Positions 18,893 to 28,948 of a stretch of 42,785 nt of DNA are shown piece after piece (the stretch's first letter is position 1; every line of letters begins with the position of its first letter). The DNA comes from Armatimonadota bacterium. GTDB taxonomy: Bacteria > Sysuimicrobiota > Sysuimicrobiia > Sysuimicrobiales > Kaftiobacteriaceae. The notes beneath the pieces are model-generated. The model saw nothing but the letters and a program-made list of their open reading frames with translations. It had not been told where the DNA came from and searched no databases. Both the position numbers and the translations under genes were made by a program. The stretch covers positions 1-42,785 of the forward strand of contig JBBIUY010000027.1 of assembly GCA_037440005.1 (NCBI GenBank). The letters are read 5' to 3'.

Positions 18893-19876
18893 TCAGTAGG
18901 CCGCCAGCCGGCGCATGGCCGCGGCGATGCGGTCCCGCGTCGGGTAGAACCACTCCTCCAGCGGCTTGCTGTAGGGGATGCCGGGGACGTCGGGGCCTGC
19001 CAGCCGCATCACCGGCGCGTCCAGGCTGCCGAAGGCCTCCTCGGCGATCAGTGCCGCCACCTCCGCCCCGAACCCGCCGAAGCGGTTGTCCTCGTACACG
19101 ATCAGCGCCCGGCTGGTCTTGGCCACCGACCGCAGGATGGTCTCTTTGTCCAGCGGCCGCAGGCAGCGCAGGTCCACCACCTCAACGTCGATCCCCTCCT
19201 GGGCCAGCAGCTCGGCGGCCGCCAGGGACTCGTGCAGCATCCACCCGTAGGCGAACACCGACAGGTCCCTGCCCTCCCGCCGCACCGCCGCCGGCCCCAG
19301 GGGGACGATGTAGTCCCCCTCGGGGACCTCCCCCCGCACCAGGCGGTACATGCGCTTGTGCTCCAGGAACAGCACCGGGTCGGGGTCCCGCACGGCGGCC
19401 TTGAGCATCCCCTTGGCGTCGTAGGGCGTGTAGGGGGCCACCACCTTCAGCCCCGGGACGTGGGCGTAGAACGCCTCCACCGACTGGGAGTGGTACAGGG
19501 CGGTGCCGTGGGAGCCCCCGTAGGGGGTGCGGATGACCAGCGGGCAGCCGAAGGCGTTGTTGGACCGGTAGCGCATCCGGGCCGCCTCGCTGACGATCTG
19601 GTCGAACGCCGGGTGGATGAAGTCGGCGAACTGGATCTCGGCGATGGGCAGCAGCCCGTTGGCCGCCATCCCGATGGCCACGCCCACGATGGACGACTCG
19701 GCCAGCGGCGAGTCGATGACCCGCTCCTCGCCGAACTTCTCGTACAGGCCGGCCGTCACCCCGAACACCCCGCCCTTGCGGCCCACGTCCTCGCCCAGGA
19801 CCACGACCCGCTCGTCCCGCTCCATCTCCTCGTGGTGGGCCCGGTTCAGCGCGTCCACGTACCGCATCTCCGCCAT
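18893..19876 (-). CDS. 2-oxoacid dehydrogenase E1 beta subunit (branched-chain type)
   Basis: GEDVGRKGGVF, EIQFADF, RYRSNN, YHSQS, FLEHK. Confidence 0.95.
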   Translation of the reverse strand: MAEMRYVDALNRAHHEEMERDERVVVLGEDVGRKGGVFGVTAGLYEKFGEERVIDSPLAESSIVGVAIGMAANGLLPIAEIQFADFIHPAFDQIVSEAARMRYRSNNAFGCPLVIRTPYGGSHGTALYHSQSVEAFYAHVPGLKVVAPYTPYDAKGMLKAAVRDPDPVLFLEHKRMYRLVRGEVPEGDYIVPLGPAAVRREGRDLSVFAYGWMLHESLAAAELLAQEGIDVEVVDLRCLRPLDKETILRSVAKTSRALIVYEDNRFGGFGAEVAALIAEEAFGSLDAPVMRLAGPDVPGIPYSKPLEEWFYPTRDRIAAAMRRLAAY

Positions 19877-19889
19877 GGCCGTCCCTCCC

Positions 19890-20993
19890 CTACTCCTGCC
19901 GCAGCCAGGGGAACTCCGGCGACTGCGCCCACGCGCCCGGCGGCGTGGCGCCGGTCCAGAAGGCGGGGTCGTCCTGGGGGGGCGCGTAGACGTAGCGGGC
20001 CGCCGACTCGGGCTCGGGCAGCGGCGCCCGCTCGGCGGCGTCGGTGGCCTCGTCCACCTCCCGGCGCACCCGCTCCTGGATGGCCCGCAGGCGCTCCTCG
20101 GTGAGCAGCCCGACCTGCTCCAGGTACTCCCGGAAGGTGAGCAGCGGGTCCTGGCGGCGGGCGGCCTCGATCTCCTCCTTGGGCCGGTAGCGCTCCTGCT
20201 GGTCGTCGCTGCTGTGGGAGCCCAGCCGCTGCACCCGGTACTCGATCAGGGTGGGGCCGTCGCCCCGCCGGGCCCGGTCGTAGGCCTCCTTGGCCACCCG
20301 GTAGCACTCCAGCACGTCGCTGCCGTCGGCCACCACCCCGGGCATGCCGTAGCCCGCCGCCCGGGCGGCGATGCTGCCGCCCGCCACCTGCCTGTGGAAC
20401 GGCACCGAGATGGCGTAGAAGTTGTTCTCCACCACGAAGATCACGGGCAAGCGGTGCACGCCGGCCCAGTTGAGGGCCTCGTGCCAGTCGCCCTCGCTGG
20501 TGCCGCCGTCGCCCACGGCCACCATGGTGACCTCGCCGGTGCGGCGCAGCTTGGCCGCGTAGGCGATGCCCACCGCGTGGGGGTACTGGGTGCCCACGGG
20601 GCTGCTGGTGGACAGGATCTTGTAGCGGGGGTGGCCGTAGTGGCCGGGCATCTGCCGGCCGCCGCTGCTGGGGTCGGCGGCCCGGGCCAGCAGCCCGAGC
20701 AGGATCTCGGTGGGGGACATGCCCTTCACCAGGCAGGCGGCGACGGACCGGTAGAAGGGCACGAACCAGTCGCGCTGCTTGTCCATCGGCCACAGGGCGC
20801 CCACCTGGCAGCCCTCGTGGCCGGGGCCGGAGATGACGAACATCGCCTTGCCGGCGCGCTGCAGGACCCACATGCGCTCGTCCAGCGCCCGCGCCAGGGC
20901 GATGTAGTAGTACATGTCCAGGACGTCCTGGTCCGACAGCCCCAGGGTCCGGTGGCGGGCGTCCACCGCCGCCCGGGCGTTGCGCGCGCTCAT
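19890..20993 (-). CDS. 2-oxoacid dehydrogenase E1 alpha subunit (branched-chain type)
   Basis: LQRAGK.FVISGPGHE, SGGRQMPGHY, TPP motif GDGGTSEGDWHE...ENN, HSSDD; start MSARN at 20993. Confidence 0.95.
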   Translation of the reverse strand: MSARNARAAVDARHRTLGLSDQDVLDMYYYIALARALDERMWVLQRAGKAMFVISGPGHEGCQVGALWPMDKQRDWFVPFYRSVAACLVKGMSPTEILLGLLARAADPSSGGRQMPGHYGHPRYKILSTSSPVGTQYPHAVGIAYAAKLRRTGEVTMVAVGDGGTSEGDWHEALNWAGVHRLPVIFVVENNFYAISVPFHRQVAGGSIAARAAGYGMPGVVADGSDVLECYRVAKEAYDRARRGDGPTLIEYRVQRLGSHSSDDQQERYRPKEEIEAARRQDPLLTFREYLEQVGLLTEERLRAIQERVRREVDEATDAAERAPLPEPESAARYVYAPPQDDPAFWTGATPPGAWAQSPEFPWLRQE

Positions 20994-21043
20994 CCTCCCG
21001 CCCCCTTGTGGTCGTGCGCGCCGGCGCCCGGACACCGGGACGC

Positions 21044-22447
21044 CTAGGCGTGAATCACCCGGCCCAGGGCGTCCAGCGCGGCTTCCTTCAGGGCCTCTGC
21101 CAGCGTCGGGTGCGAATACACCGCCTCCGCCAGTTCGGTGACGGTGGCCTCCAGGGTCCGGGCCACCACCCCCGCGGCCAGCAGTTCGGTCACCGCGGGC
21201 CCCACCATGTGGATGCCCAGGATCTCCCCCACCCGGGCGTCGGCCACCACCTTCACGAACCCCTCCCGCGCCCCCTCGATGGCGGCCTTGCTGTTGGCCT
21301 GGAAGCTGAACCGCCCCACCCGCACCTCCAGGCCGCGCTCCCGGGCCTGCCGCTCGGTGAGCCCCATGCTGGCCACCTGGGGGATGGAGTAGGTCGGCCG
21401 CGGCACCGCATCGTAGTTCACGCCGCGGGTGCGCTGGCCGGCGATGGTCTCCACGGCGGCGACGGCCTCCTCGCTGGCCACGTGGGCCAGCCGGTACGGC
21501 CGCAGCCCCGTGAGCACGTCGCCGATGGCGAAGACCGTCCCCGCGGTGGTGCGGAACTGCTCGTCCACCTGCACGGCGCCCCTGTCCACCGCCACCCCCG
21601 CCTCGGCGGGGGCCAGGCCGTCGGTCACCGGCCCGCGCCCCACCGCCACCAGCAGGTAGTCGGCGTCCAGGGAGGAGGTCTCCTCGCCCCGGACCACCTC
21701 CATCCGCACGCGGCCGCCGTCCACCGCCGCCGCGCGGACCGTGGCGCGGGTGAGGACGTTGATCCCGCGCCGGACAAACGACCGCTCCAGAGCCTGGCCG
21801 ACCTCCTCGTCCTCCAGGGGCAGCACGGTGGGCAGCAGCTCGATGAGGGTCACCTGGCTGCCGAAGGCCCGGAACAGGCTGGCGAACTCCACCCCCACCG
21901 GCCCCGCCCCCAGGATGGCGATGGACCGCGGGACCTCCTCCAGGGCCAGCGCGTCGGTGCTGTCGATGATGCGGGTGTGGTCGATGGCCACCCCGGGGAT
22001 GCTGCGGGGGGCCGAGCCGGTGGCGATGAGCACGTGCCGGGCCGTCAGCTCGGTCTCCGACCCGTCGGCCAGAGCCACGCCCACCCGCGAGGCGCTGAGA
22101 AAGCGGCCCTCGCCGGCGAAGACGTCGATCTTGTGCTTGCGCATCAGGTACTGGACGCCCTTGTGGAGCTGGTCCACCACCTGGGCCTTGCGCCGGTGCA
22201 CCGCCGCCAGGTCCACCCCCGCGCCGTCCACCGTCAGGCCCAGCTGGCGGGAGTCCCGGAGGTGGTCCAGCAGCTCGGCGGTGTGGAGCATGGCCTTGGT
22301 GGGGATGCACCCCACGTGCAGGCAGGTCCCGCCGACTTTGTCGCGCTCCACCAGGGCCGTGCGCAACCCCAGCTGGGCGGCGCGGATGGCGCCCACGTAC
22401 CCTCCGGGACCGCCGCCGATGACGACGAGATCGTAGGGGTCAGCCAT
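21044..22447 (-). CDS. lpdA: Dihydrolipoamide dehydrogenase (E3)
   Basis: GGGPGGYV, GGTCLHVGCIPTK, HPTLAE. Confidence 0.96.
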   Translation of the reverse strand: MADPYDLVVIGGGPGGYVGAIRAAQLGLRTALVERDKVGGTCLHVGCIPTKAMLHTAELLDHLRDSRQLGLTVDGAGVDLAAVHRRKAQVVDQLHKGVQYLMRKHKIDVFAGEGRFLSASRVGVALADGSETELTARHVLIATGSAPRSIPGVAIDHTRIIDSTDALALEEVPRSIAILGAGPVGVEFASLFRAFGSQVTLIELLPTVLPLEDEEVGQALERSFVRRGINVLTRATVRAAAVDGGRVRMEVVRGEETSSLDADYLLVAVGRGPVTDGLAPAEAGVAVDRGAVQVDEQFRTTAGTVFAIGDVLTGLRPYRLAHVASEEAVAAVETIAGQRTRGVNYDAVPRPTYSIPQVASMGLTERQARERGLEVRVGRFSFQANSKAAIEGAREGFVKVVADARVGEILGIHMVGPAVTELLAAGVVARTLEATVTELAEAVYSHPTLAEALKEAALDALGRVIHA

Positions 22448-22531
22448 AGGTCACCCAAAAAAGGACGACGTGGGAAGTCCCCGCTGGTGTTCGGGAGGTG
22501 ACGGGGCGTTCCCGCCGGACCCGCGGCCGCA

Positions 22532-22954
22532 TCAGTGGACCCGGCTCCCGGGCAGGGCGCTCAGCGGCTTGCGGCCGGCGAAGCCCTCGGCGGTCCCGTG
22601 CCAGTAGGTGATGGCCTCCTCGCCCAGCCGCCAGCACAGGAAGACCTCGGTCCCCTCCACCACCGCCGGGAAGTCCACCAGCCCCATCTCCACGTCCCGG
22701 AGGATGCAGCCGATCTCATCCAGCCGGCGCAGCAGGTCGGCCGCCTCCCGGGTCAGGGACTCGATCCGGGCGCGGACGGCGGTGAGGTCGTCCAGCACCG
22801 GCTCGCCCGACTCCAGGCGCTTCCACAGGACGTCCAGCTGTTCGCGGGCCCGGCGGGCCGCGGTGTGGATCTCCCGAAGGCGGAGCAGCAGGGGCGTGAC
22901 GTCGCGCAGCGCCCGGTTGGCCTCGTCGAGGGAGAAGTGCCGCACAAAGCGCAT
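22532..22954 (-). CDS. DUF2203 domain protein
   Basis: FSLDEANRAL...GLVDFPA...LCWRLGEEAITYWH...GFAGRKP; TATAGT -10 at 22975-22980 and GGAG RBS. Confidence 0.85.
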   Translation of the reverse strand: MRFVRHFSLDEANRALRDVTPLLLRLREIHTAARRAREQLDVLWKRLESGEPVLDDLTAVRARIESLTREAADLLRRLDEIGCILRDVEMGLVDFPAVVEGTEVFLCWRLGEEAITYWHGTAEGFAGRKPLSALPGSRVH

Positions 22955-23021
22955 CGGCGCGGGACTCCGACCCCACTATAGGCAGACCGCGCGCGGGGCG
23001 TCAAGGCGCGCTCTCCCGCGC

Positions 23022-24566
23022 CTAGCGCCGGATGCGGATCCGCAGGGTGTGGTAGCCGGTGGCGCCGTCGGGCAGCGGCGGGGACTCCCGGGCCGGCTGC
23101 AGAACACCCGCACCGTCGGTGGCCCGCACCTTCAGCACGTACTCGCCGGGGCCGGCCGGCGTCCACAGGGCGGCCCACAGGACCCAGGTGAACGGGCCCA
23201 GGGGCGGTTTGACCTCGGCCGGCTGCCAGGTCCGTCCGCCGTCGGTACTGTACTCCACCTTGCGGACGCCCCGGTCGCCGGCGTAGGCCACGCCGCCCAG
23301 CCCCACCTCGCCCGGGGGGAGGCTGGTCCGGGTGGGGGTGGTGAACTTGGACATGGTCTTGACCACCGCCTCGTCGCTCCACCCCGACGCCTCCCAGTAG
23401 CCCCGGAAGTCGTAGTTGACCACCTCGATCCGGGTGATCCACTTGGGGTTTTTCATCCCGAACAGCCCGGGGACCAGCAGGCGCACCGGAAAGCCGTGGC
23501 GGGGCGGCAGGGGCTCGCCGTTCATCTCGTAGGCCAGCAGTGTGGTGGGGTTGAGGGCGTCGCCGATGGGCAGGGACTCGGTGTACCCGTCGGCGCACCG
23601 GAAGGCCACCTTCACCGCGGTGGCCGCCGGCCCGCCGGCCATCAGCAGCACGTCCCGCAGCCGCGCGCCCTTCCACCGGGCGGTGCTGATGAGGTCGCCG
23701 CCCACCTCGTTGCTGATGCACTCCAGGGTCTGGTACTGCTCGACGGCGGGCAGGGCCCGCAGCTCGTCGTAGGTCAGCCGCAGCGGCCTGCCCACCAGGC
23801 CGCTGACCTCCAGCGTCCACCGGCGGGCGTCCAGGACCGGGTCGAACCCCGGCGGGTTCTTGCTGACCACGTAGAACTGGTCCGTGGGCGTCACTTCCGG
23901 CGGCAGGCCCGTCACCTTCGCCAGCGCGCTCTGGGCCGCCGCCACGGCCTTCACCCAGGCGCCCAGCAGCCACTGGGCCGCTGCGGGCGCCGCCGTCGCG
24001 GCCGCCAGCATCAGCACGCTGCGGCCCAGCAGGCGGCGTCGGGTGATCCCGCACGCGCCCCCGGCCACCGGCCGCAGGCGCGGGCGGCGCCGCAGCAGCC
24101 CCAGCAGGCCGGCATACGGCAGGGCGAAGATCCCTCCGTACGCCGCCAGGGCCAGCGCGACGGTCAGGACCGGACGGCCTTCCACTCCCTGGGCCTGCCA
24201 CCGGGCGGCCAGGTACCCGCTGGCCGGACCGAGGGCCAGCAGCGCCAGCAGGCCGGAGCTGACCGCCCACGCCGCCGCCGCGGCGCGCCACGGGCGGGAG
24301 GCCCGGCGGGCCACCAGCGCTCCCAGAACTCCCCACCCCACCGCCAGCGCGGCCAGCATCCCCCAGAAGGCCGCAGGTTTGGCGGCGAACTTCAGGGTGA
24401 CCAGCAGCAGGGAAAACAGGCGGAGCGGGACCAGCCGCAGCCACCGGTCCCACAGGGCCAGGGCCACGGCGGGGACGCCGCCGGTGAACAGGCCGGCCGC
24501 CACCGCGGCGGCGGCGAGGACCCCGCCCGCCAGCCCGGCCAGAAAGCCCGGCCACAGCCCGACCAT
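23022..24566 (-). CDS. Polytopic membrane molybdopterin-dependent oxidoreductase (sulfite oxidase family)
   Basis: About 4 TM helices, internal TRRRLL motif plus a further helix, then TLECISN (Moco Cys), HGFPVRLLVPGLFGMKNPKW and a C-terminal dimerisation domain; TATACT -10 at 24576-24581. Confidence 0.9.
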   Translation of the reverse strand: MVGLWPGFLAGLAGGVLAAAAVAAGLFTGGVPAVALALWDRWLRLVPLRLFSLLLVTLKFAAKPAAFWGMLAALAVGWGVLGALVARRASRPWRAAAAAWAVSSGLLALLALGPASGYLAARWQAQGVEGRPVLTVALALAAYGGIFALPYAGLLGLLRRRPRLRPVAGGACGITRRRLLGRSVLMLAAATAAPAAAQWLLGAWVKAVAAAQSALAKVTGLPPEVTPTDQFYVVSKNPPGFDPVLDARRWTLEVSGLVGRPLRLTYDELRALPAVEQYQTLECISNEVGGDLISTARWKGARLRDVLLMAGGPAATAVKVAFRCADGYTESLPIGDALNPTTLLAYEMNGEPLPPRHGFPVRLLVPGLFGMKNPKWITRIEVVNYDFRGYWEASGWSDEAVVKTMSKFTTPTRTSLPPGEVGLGGVAYAGDRGVRKVEYSTDGGRTWQPAEVKPPLGPFTWVLWAALWTPAGPGEYVLKVRATDGAGVLQPARESPPLPDGATGYHTLRIRIRR

Positions 24567-24690
24567 GATGAGTCCAGTATACCTCCGGCACCATCACGGA
24601 CCCGTATCGGGGCCGGGCGGAGGTGGCCCCCGACGTCCGCCCTCCCGTCGGCGCGGCCCCCGTGGTATGGTAAAGCCTGAGAGGGCGCTC

Positions 24691-25239
24691 GTGAGCGTGC
24701 GGACCAAGCAGTGGACCCGGGAGGAGTACGAACGGCTGGTGGCGGCCGGAGCGTTCGCCCCGGACGCCCGCCTCCAGCTGGTGCGCGGGGAGATCGTCGA
24801 GATGACGCCTCAGAGCGCCGCCCACGCCGCCGCCGTGGAGCTGGTCCACAGCGCCCTGCAGGCCGTGGCGGGAGACCGTTACTTCATCCGCGTGCGGATG
24901 CCCCTGGCGCTGGGGGCGGACTCCGAGCCCGAGCCCGACCTGGCCGTGGTGGCGGGACCGCCCCGCGCGCGGGCCGACCGGCATCCGACCACCGCGCCGC
25001 CGGTCGTGGAGGTGGCCGACACCACCGTCGACTTCGACCGCTCCCGCAAGCGGGACGTGTACGCGGCGGCCCGGATCCCCGAATACTGGATCGTGAACCT
25101 GCCCGACCGCGTCCTGGAGGTCTACCGCGACCCGGTGGACGCGGCCTACCGCACCGTCCTGGCCGTCAGGCCCGGGGAGTCGGTGGCGCCGCTTCTGGCG
25201 CCCACACGGCCCATCCCCGTCCCCGACCTGCTCCCCTGA
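24691..25239 (+). CDS. Uma2 (DUF820) family putative endonuclease
   Basis: WTREEYERL, LVRGEIVEM, EPEPDLAVV, VEVADTT..FDRSRK..YA.ARIPEYWIVNL; GTG start after GAGAGGG. Confidence 0.9.
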   Translation: MSVRTKQWTREEYERLVAAGAFAPDARLQLVRGEIVEMTPQSAAHAAAVELVHSALQAVAGDRYFIRVRMPLALGADSEPEPDLAVVAGPPRARADRHPTTAPPVVEVADTTVDFDRSRKRDVYAAARIPEYWIVNLPDRVLEVYRDPVDAAYRTVLAVRPGESVAPLLAPTRPIPVPDLLP

Positions 25240-25278
25240 GGCACCGGCAGGTCTGCCCGGACTCCTCCGGCCCGGGGC

Positions 25279-25884
25279 TCACGCCGGGGCAAACCGCTCT
25301 TCTTTCCAGGGGTCGGCGTGGTTGTGGTAGCCGTTGCGCTCCCAGAAGCCGGGGCGGTCCCGGGCCATCAGCTCCAACCCCCGCACCCATTTGGCGCTCT
25401 TCCAGAAGTACAGGCGGGGGACGACCAGGCGCAGGGGCCAGCCGTGCTCGGGGGTGAGGTCGGCGCCGTCGGCCCGGTAGGCGAGCAGGGCGTCGGGAGC
25501 CAGCAGGTACTCCAGGGGCAGGTTCGTCTCGTAGCCCTGCTCGGCGTGCACCATCACGAACTTCGCCTCCGGCTGCACGCCGGCCAGGTCCAGCACGGCC
25601 CGCACCGGGACGCCCTCAAACTCCACGTCCAGCTTGCTCCAGGCGGTCACGCAGTGGATGTCGCAGCGCAGGCGCACCGCCGGCAGGGCCCGGATCTCCG
25701 GATAGGTCAGGCGCACCGGCGTCTGCACCAGCCCCCAGATCCGGAAGTCCCACCGCTGCGGGTCACAGCGGGGCACCCCGCCGGTGTGCAGGACCGGCCA
25801 CTTCTCCGTGAGGTACTGGCCGGGGGGCAGGCGGGAACGGACGGCGTCCGACGTCGGGGGTCCGGGAGATCGGGGCGCGGCCAT
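25279..25884 (-). CDS. Sulfite oxidase-like molybdopterin-binding oxidoreductase (soluble, YuiH-like)
   Basis: RLPPGQ, DIHCVTAWS, HGWPLRLVVP.LYFWKSAKW, GFWERNGYH...DPWKEERF. Confidence 0.92.
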   Translation of the reverse strand: MAAPRSPGPPTSDAVRSRLPPGQYLTEKWPVLHTGGVPRCDPQRWDFRIWGLVQTPVRLTYPEIRALPAVRLRCDIHCVTAWSKLDVEFEGVPVRAVLDLAGVQPEAKFVMVHAEQGYETNLPLEYLLAPDALLAYRADGADLTPEHGWPLRLVVPRLYFWKSAKWVRGLELMARDRPGFWERNGYHNHADPWKEERFAPA

Positions 25885-25902
25885 GGTCTGTCTGCGAGGG
25901 GA

Positions 25903-26559
25903 TCAGGCCCGCTCGCCCAGGCCCAGGCCTTCGACGTCCTTCTGGCGCTCCCGGGCGATCTCCACCAGCCACGGGGGGTCCTGGTAAACGTAGTCCTTTC
26001 GCAGCGGGTGACCGATCCAGTCCTCGGTCATCATGATGCGCCGCAGGTTGGGATGGCCCTCGAAGACCACCCCCAGCAGGTCGTAGGTCTCCCGTTCGTG
26101 CCAGTTGGCTCCGTCCCAGATCCCGGTCACCGACGGCACCCGCGGATCGTCCCGGGGCACCCGGACCTTCAAAGCCAGCTCCTGACGGGTCCGGTGCGAG
26201 TACAGGTGGTAGAGGACCTCCATCTCGCCGCGCTCGGGCCAGTCGATGGCGCTGACGAACGACAGGTAGGTCAGGCCGAACTCGGGGTCGGTGGCCAGGA
26301 CCCGGCAGACGTCCAGCAGCCTGTCCCGGGGCACGTACACGCCCGGGGTCAGGTACTGGGGGGGCTGCTCGTGGGCCGGCCGCCGGGCCGGCTGGGGGCG
26401 CTCGCCGGGGGACGGCTCACCTCCCGCCCCGGGGGCCGGCGCCTGCCCTCCGGGGCCCGGACCGCGGCCCCCCGGCTCCGCCGCCTCGCCCCCGGGCCGG
26501 GGGAACAGCTCCACCTCGGGGAAGCGGGCCTTCAGGCGTTCCGCCAGTTCCCAGCTCAC
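25903..26559 (-). CDS. nuoC: NADH-quinone oxidoreductase subunit C
   Basis: ANWHERETYDLLGVVFEGHPNLRRIMM...GHPLRKDY; Pro/Gly-rich N-terminal insert. Confidence 0.93.
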   Translation of the reverse strand: MSWELAERLKARFPEVELFPRPGGEAAEPGGRGPGPGGQAPAPGAGGEPSPGERPQPARRPAHEQPPQYLTPGVYVPRDRLLDVCRVLATDPEFGLTYLSFVSAIDWPERGEMEVLYHLYSHRTRQELALKVRVPRDDPRVPSVTGIWDGANWHERETYDLLGVVFEGHPNLRRIMMTEDWIGHPLRKDYVYQDPPWLVEIARERQKDVEGLGLGERA

Positions 26560-26562
26560 GGT

Positions 26563-27057
26563 CTACCTCCGCACCTTCACCACGCCGGTGGCGATGGGCT
26601 CCTTGGGCGCGGCGCGGTGCAGGTCGTCCAGGGTGTACAGGAGGTTGGCGCGGTTGTAGGTGCTGGCCTCGTAGTGGGGCACGAAGACGATGGCCTCGGT
26701 GGGGCACACCTCCACGCACAGCCCGCAGTAGCAGCACTTGTCCATCTCGATGTCGAAGCGGGTCAGCACCCGGTCCTTGCCCTTGCCGGCGGCCTCGATG
26801 TGGATGCACCGGTCCGGGCACACCCGCTCGCACTGGAAGCAGATGATGCAGCGGTCGTTGTCGGTCTCGGGGTCAATGGGCAGGGCCAGCAGCCCGTGCC
26901 AGCGGGGCGACACGTTGACCTTCTGCACCGGGTAGGGAACGGTGACCTTGCGCTCCACCAGGGCGCGCCAGGTGGCCCGCAGGCCCACCACCAGGCCCCG
27001 CGCCCCCTCCCACGCCAGGGCGGCCAGGTGTTTCCGACCGTCAGGCTGTATGCTCAT
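26563..27057 (-). CDS. nuoI: NADH-quinone oxidoreductase subunit I (2x[4Fe-4S])
   Basis: CIICFQCERVCP and CCYCGLCVEVCP motifs; TVPYP. Confidence 0.92.
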   Translation of the reverse strand: MSIQPDGRKHLAALAWEGARGLVVGLRATWRALVERKVTVPYPVQKVNVSPRWHGLLALPIDPETDNDRCIICFQCERVCPDRCIHIEAAGKGKDRVLTRFDIEMDKCCYCGLCVEVCPTEAIVFVPHYEASTYNRANLLYTLDDLHRAAPKEPIATGVVKVRR

Positions 27058-27079
27058 CGAAGACCCCGAGACCCCGAGA

Positions 27080-27168
27080 CGGTGGAGCGTTGGAACGTTG
27101 GAGCGTTGGACCGTTACCCCCGAACCGGTCAGTACGTTTCAACGTTCCAACGTTCCAACGTTTCAACG
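27080..27168. repeat. Inverted pair of octamer tandem arrays (CGTTGGAA / TTCCAACG), 35-bp arms
   Basis: 27080-27114 versus 27134-27168: 29/35 Watson-Crick, 4 G-U-type, 2 mismatches; preceded by GACCCCGA x2. Confidence 0.92.
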
Positions 27169-27172
27169 CCTC

Positions 27173-28276
27173 CTACCTGTCCACGTCGGACAGCACGATG
27201 TCGATGCTGCCCAGGATGGCGATCACGTCGGCCACCTTCCACCCGCGCATCATCTCCGTCAGGGCGTACAGGTTGCTGAAGGCCGGGGCGCGGATCTTCA
27301 CCCGGTACGGCCGCTCCCCGCCGTCGCTGACCAGGTAGATGCCCAGGTCGCCCCGGGGCGACTCGGTGCGGGCGTAGACCTCTCCCTTGGGCAGCCGCAG
27401 GGTGACGGCCACCTTGGACCGGATCTCGCCCGCGGGCATCTGCTCCAGGCACTGGCGGATGATGCGCACGCTCTGGCGCATCTCCTCCAGCCGCACCAGG
27501 TAGCGGGCGTAGCAGTCCCCTTCGGTCCGCACGGGGATGTCGAACTGCACCCGGTCGTACACCTCGTAGGGGTGGGCCCGGCGCACGTCGTAGGCCAGGC
27601 CCGACGCCCGCGCCACCGGCCCCGAGGCGCCCATGGCCACGGCCCGCTCCAGGGGCAGCACCCCCACTCCCCGGGTGCGGGCCAGGAAGATGGGGTTGCC
27701 GGTGAGCAGCTCGTCGTACTCGGGCAGCCGGTCCAGCAGGTAGTCGCAGAACTCGGCGCAGCGGTCGGTCCACCCCTCGGGCAGGTCGTCGTACACGCCG
27801 CCGATGCGGAAGTAGACGTGGTGCAGCCGCCCGCCGGTGGCGGACTCGAACAGGTCCATGATCCGCTCCCGCTCGCGCATGCACCACAGGAAGGCGGTGA
27901 AGGCGCCCAGGTCGATGCCGAAGGTCCCCAGCCACAGCAGGTGGCTGCTGATGCGCTGCAGCTCCAGCATGATGGTGCGGATGTACCGGGCCCGCTCGGG
28001 CACCTCGATGCGGCCCAGGCGCTCCACCGCCAGGACCCACACCTCCTCGTTGGCCATCGCCGCCAGGTAGTCCATCCCCCGGTCCACCAGGGCGATGTTC
28101 TGGAGGTAGGTGCGGTGCTCCATCATCTTCTCCACCGAGGAGTGCAGGTACCCGATGTCGGGCTGCACGTCCACGATGTTCTCGCCGTCCAGGGTCACCA
28201 CCATCCGCAGCACCCCGTGGGTGCTGGGGTGCTGGGGACCCATGTTGAGCATCAGCTCTTCGGTGTGCAGGGGCAT
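27173..28276 (-). CDS. nuoD: NADH-quinone oxidoreductase subunit D
   Basis: NMGPQHPSTHGVLR, IGYLH, ESPRGDLG, C-terminal SIDIVLSDVDR; start MPLHTEE at 28276. Confidence 0.95.
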   Translation of the reverse strand: MPLHTEELMLNMGPQHPSTHGVLRMVVTLDGENIVDVQPDIGYLHSSVEKMMEHRTYLQNIALVDRGMDYLAAMANEEVWVLAVERLGRIEVPERARYIRTIMLELQRISSHLLWLGTFGIDLGAFTAFLWCMRERERIMDLFESATGGRLHHVYFRIGGVYDDLPEGWTDRCAEFCDYLLDRLPEYDELLTGNPIFLARTRGVGVLPLERAVAMGASGPVARASGLAYDVRRAHPYEVYDRVQFDIPVRTEGDCYARYLVRLEEMRQSVRIIRQCLEQMPAGEIRSKVAVTLRLPKGEVYARTESPRGDLGIYLVSDGGERPYRVKIRAPAFSNLYALTEMMRGWKVADVIAILGSIDIVLSDVDR

Positions 28277-28278
28277 GG

Positions 28279-28851
<573 letters not shown>

Positions 28852-28948
28852 GCCGCGTCCCCTCCTTCACAACTCTCTCCACTACGGCACGCTCTCCCGG
28901 CGGTCCTGCGGCCGCCCTCCGGTCTCGGGCATGCCGATCCCCCGTCCG

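Noticed and set aside
22455..22530. U-tract upstream of lpdA as a terminator, attenuator or riboswitch
   Set aside because: Only a 4-bp stem (GGAC/GTCC) precedes the U run, and no riboswitch consensus is recognisable
24691..25239. Opposite-strand Uma2 gene as a mobile element
   Set aside because: No terminal repeats or target duplication seen; scattered Uma2 paralogs are common
27080..27168. Short repeats as a possible CRISPR array
   Set aside because: Units are 7-8 bp in direct tandem with no unique spacers, and no cas genes are present
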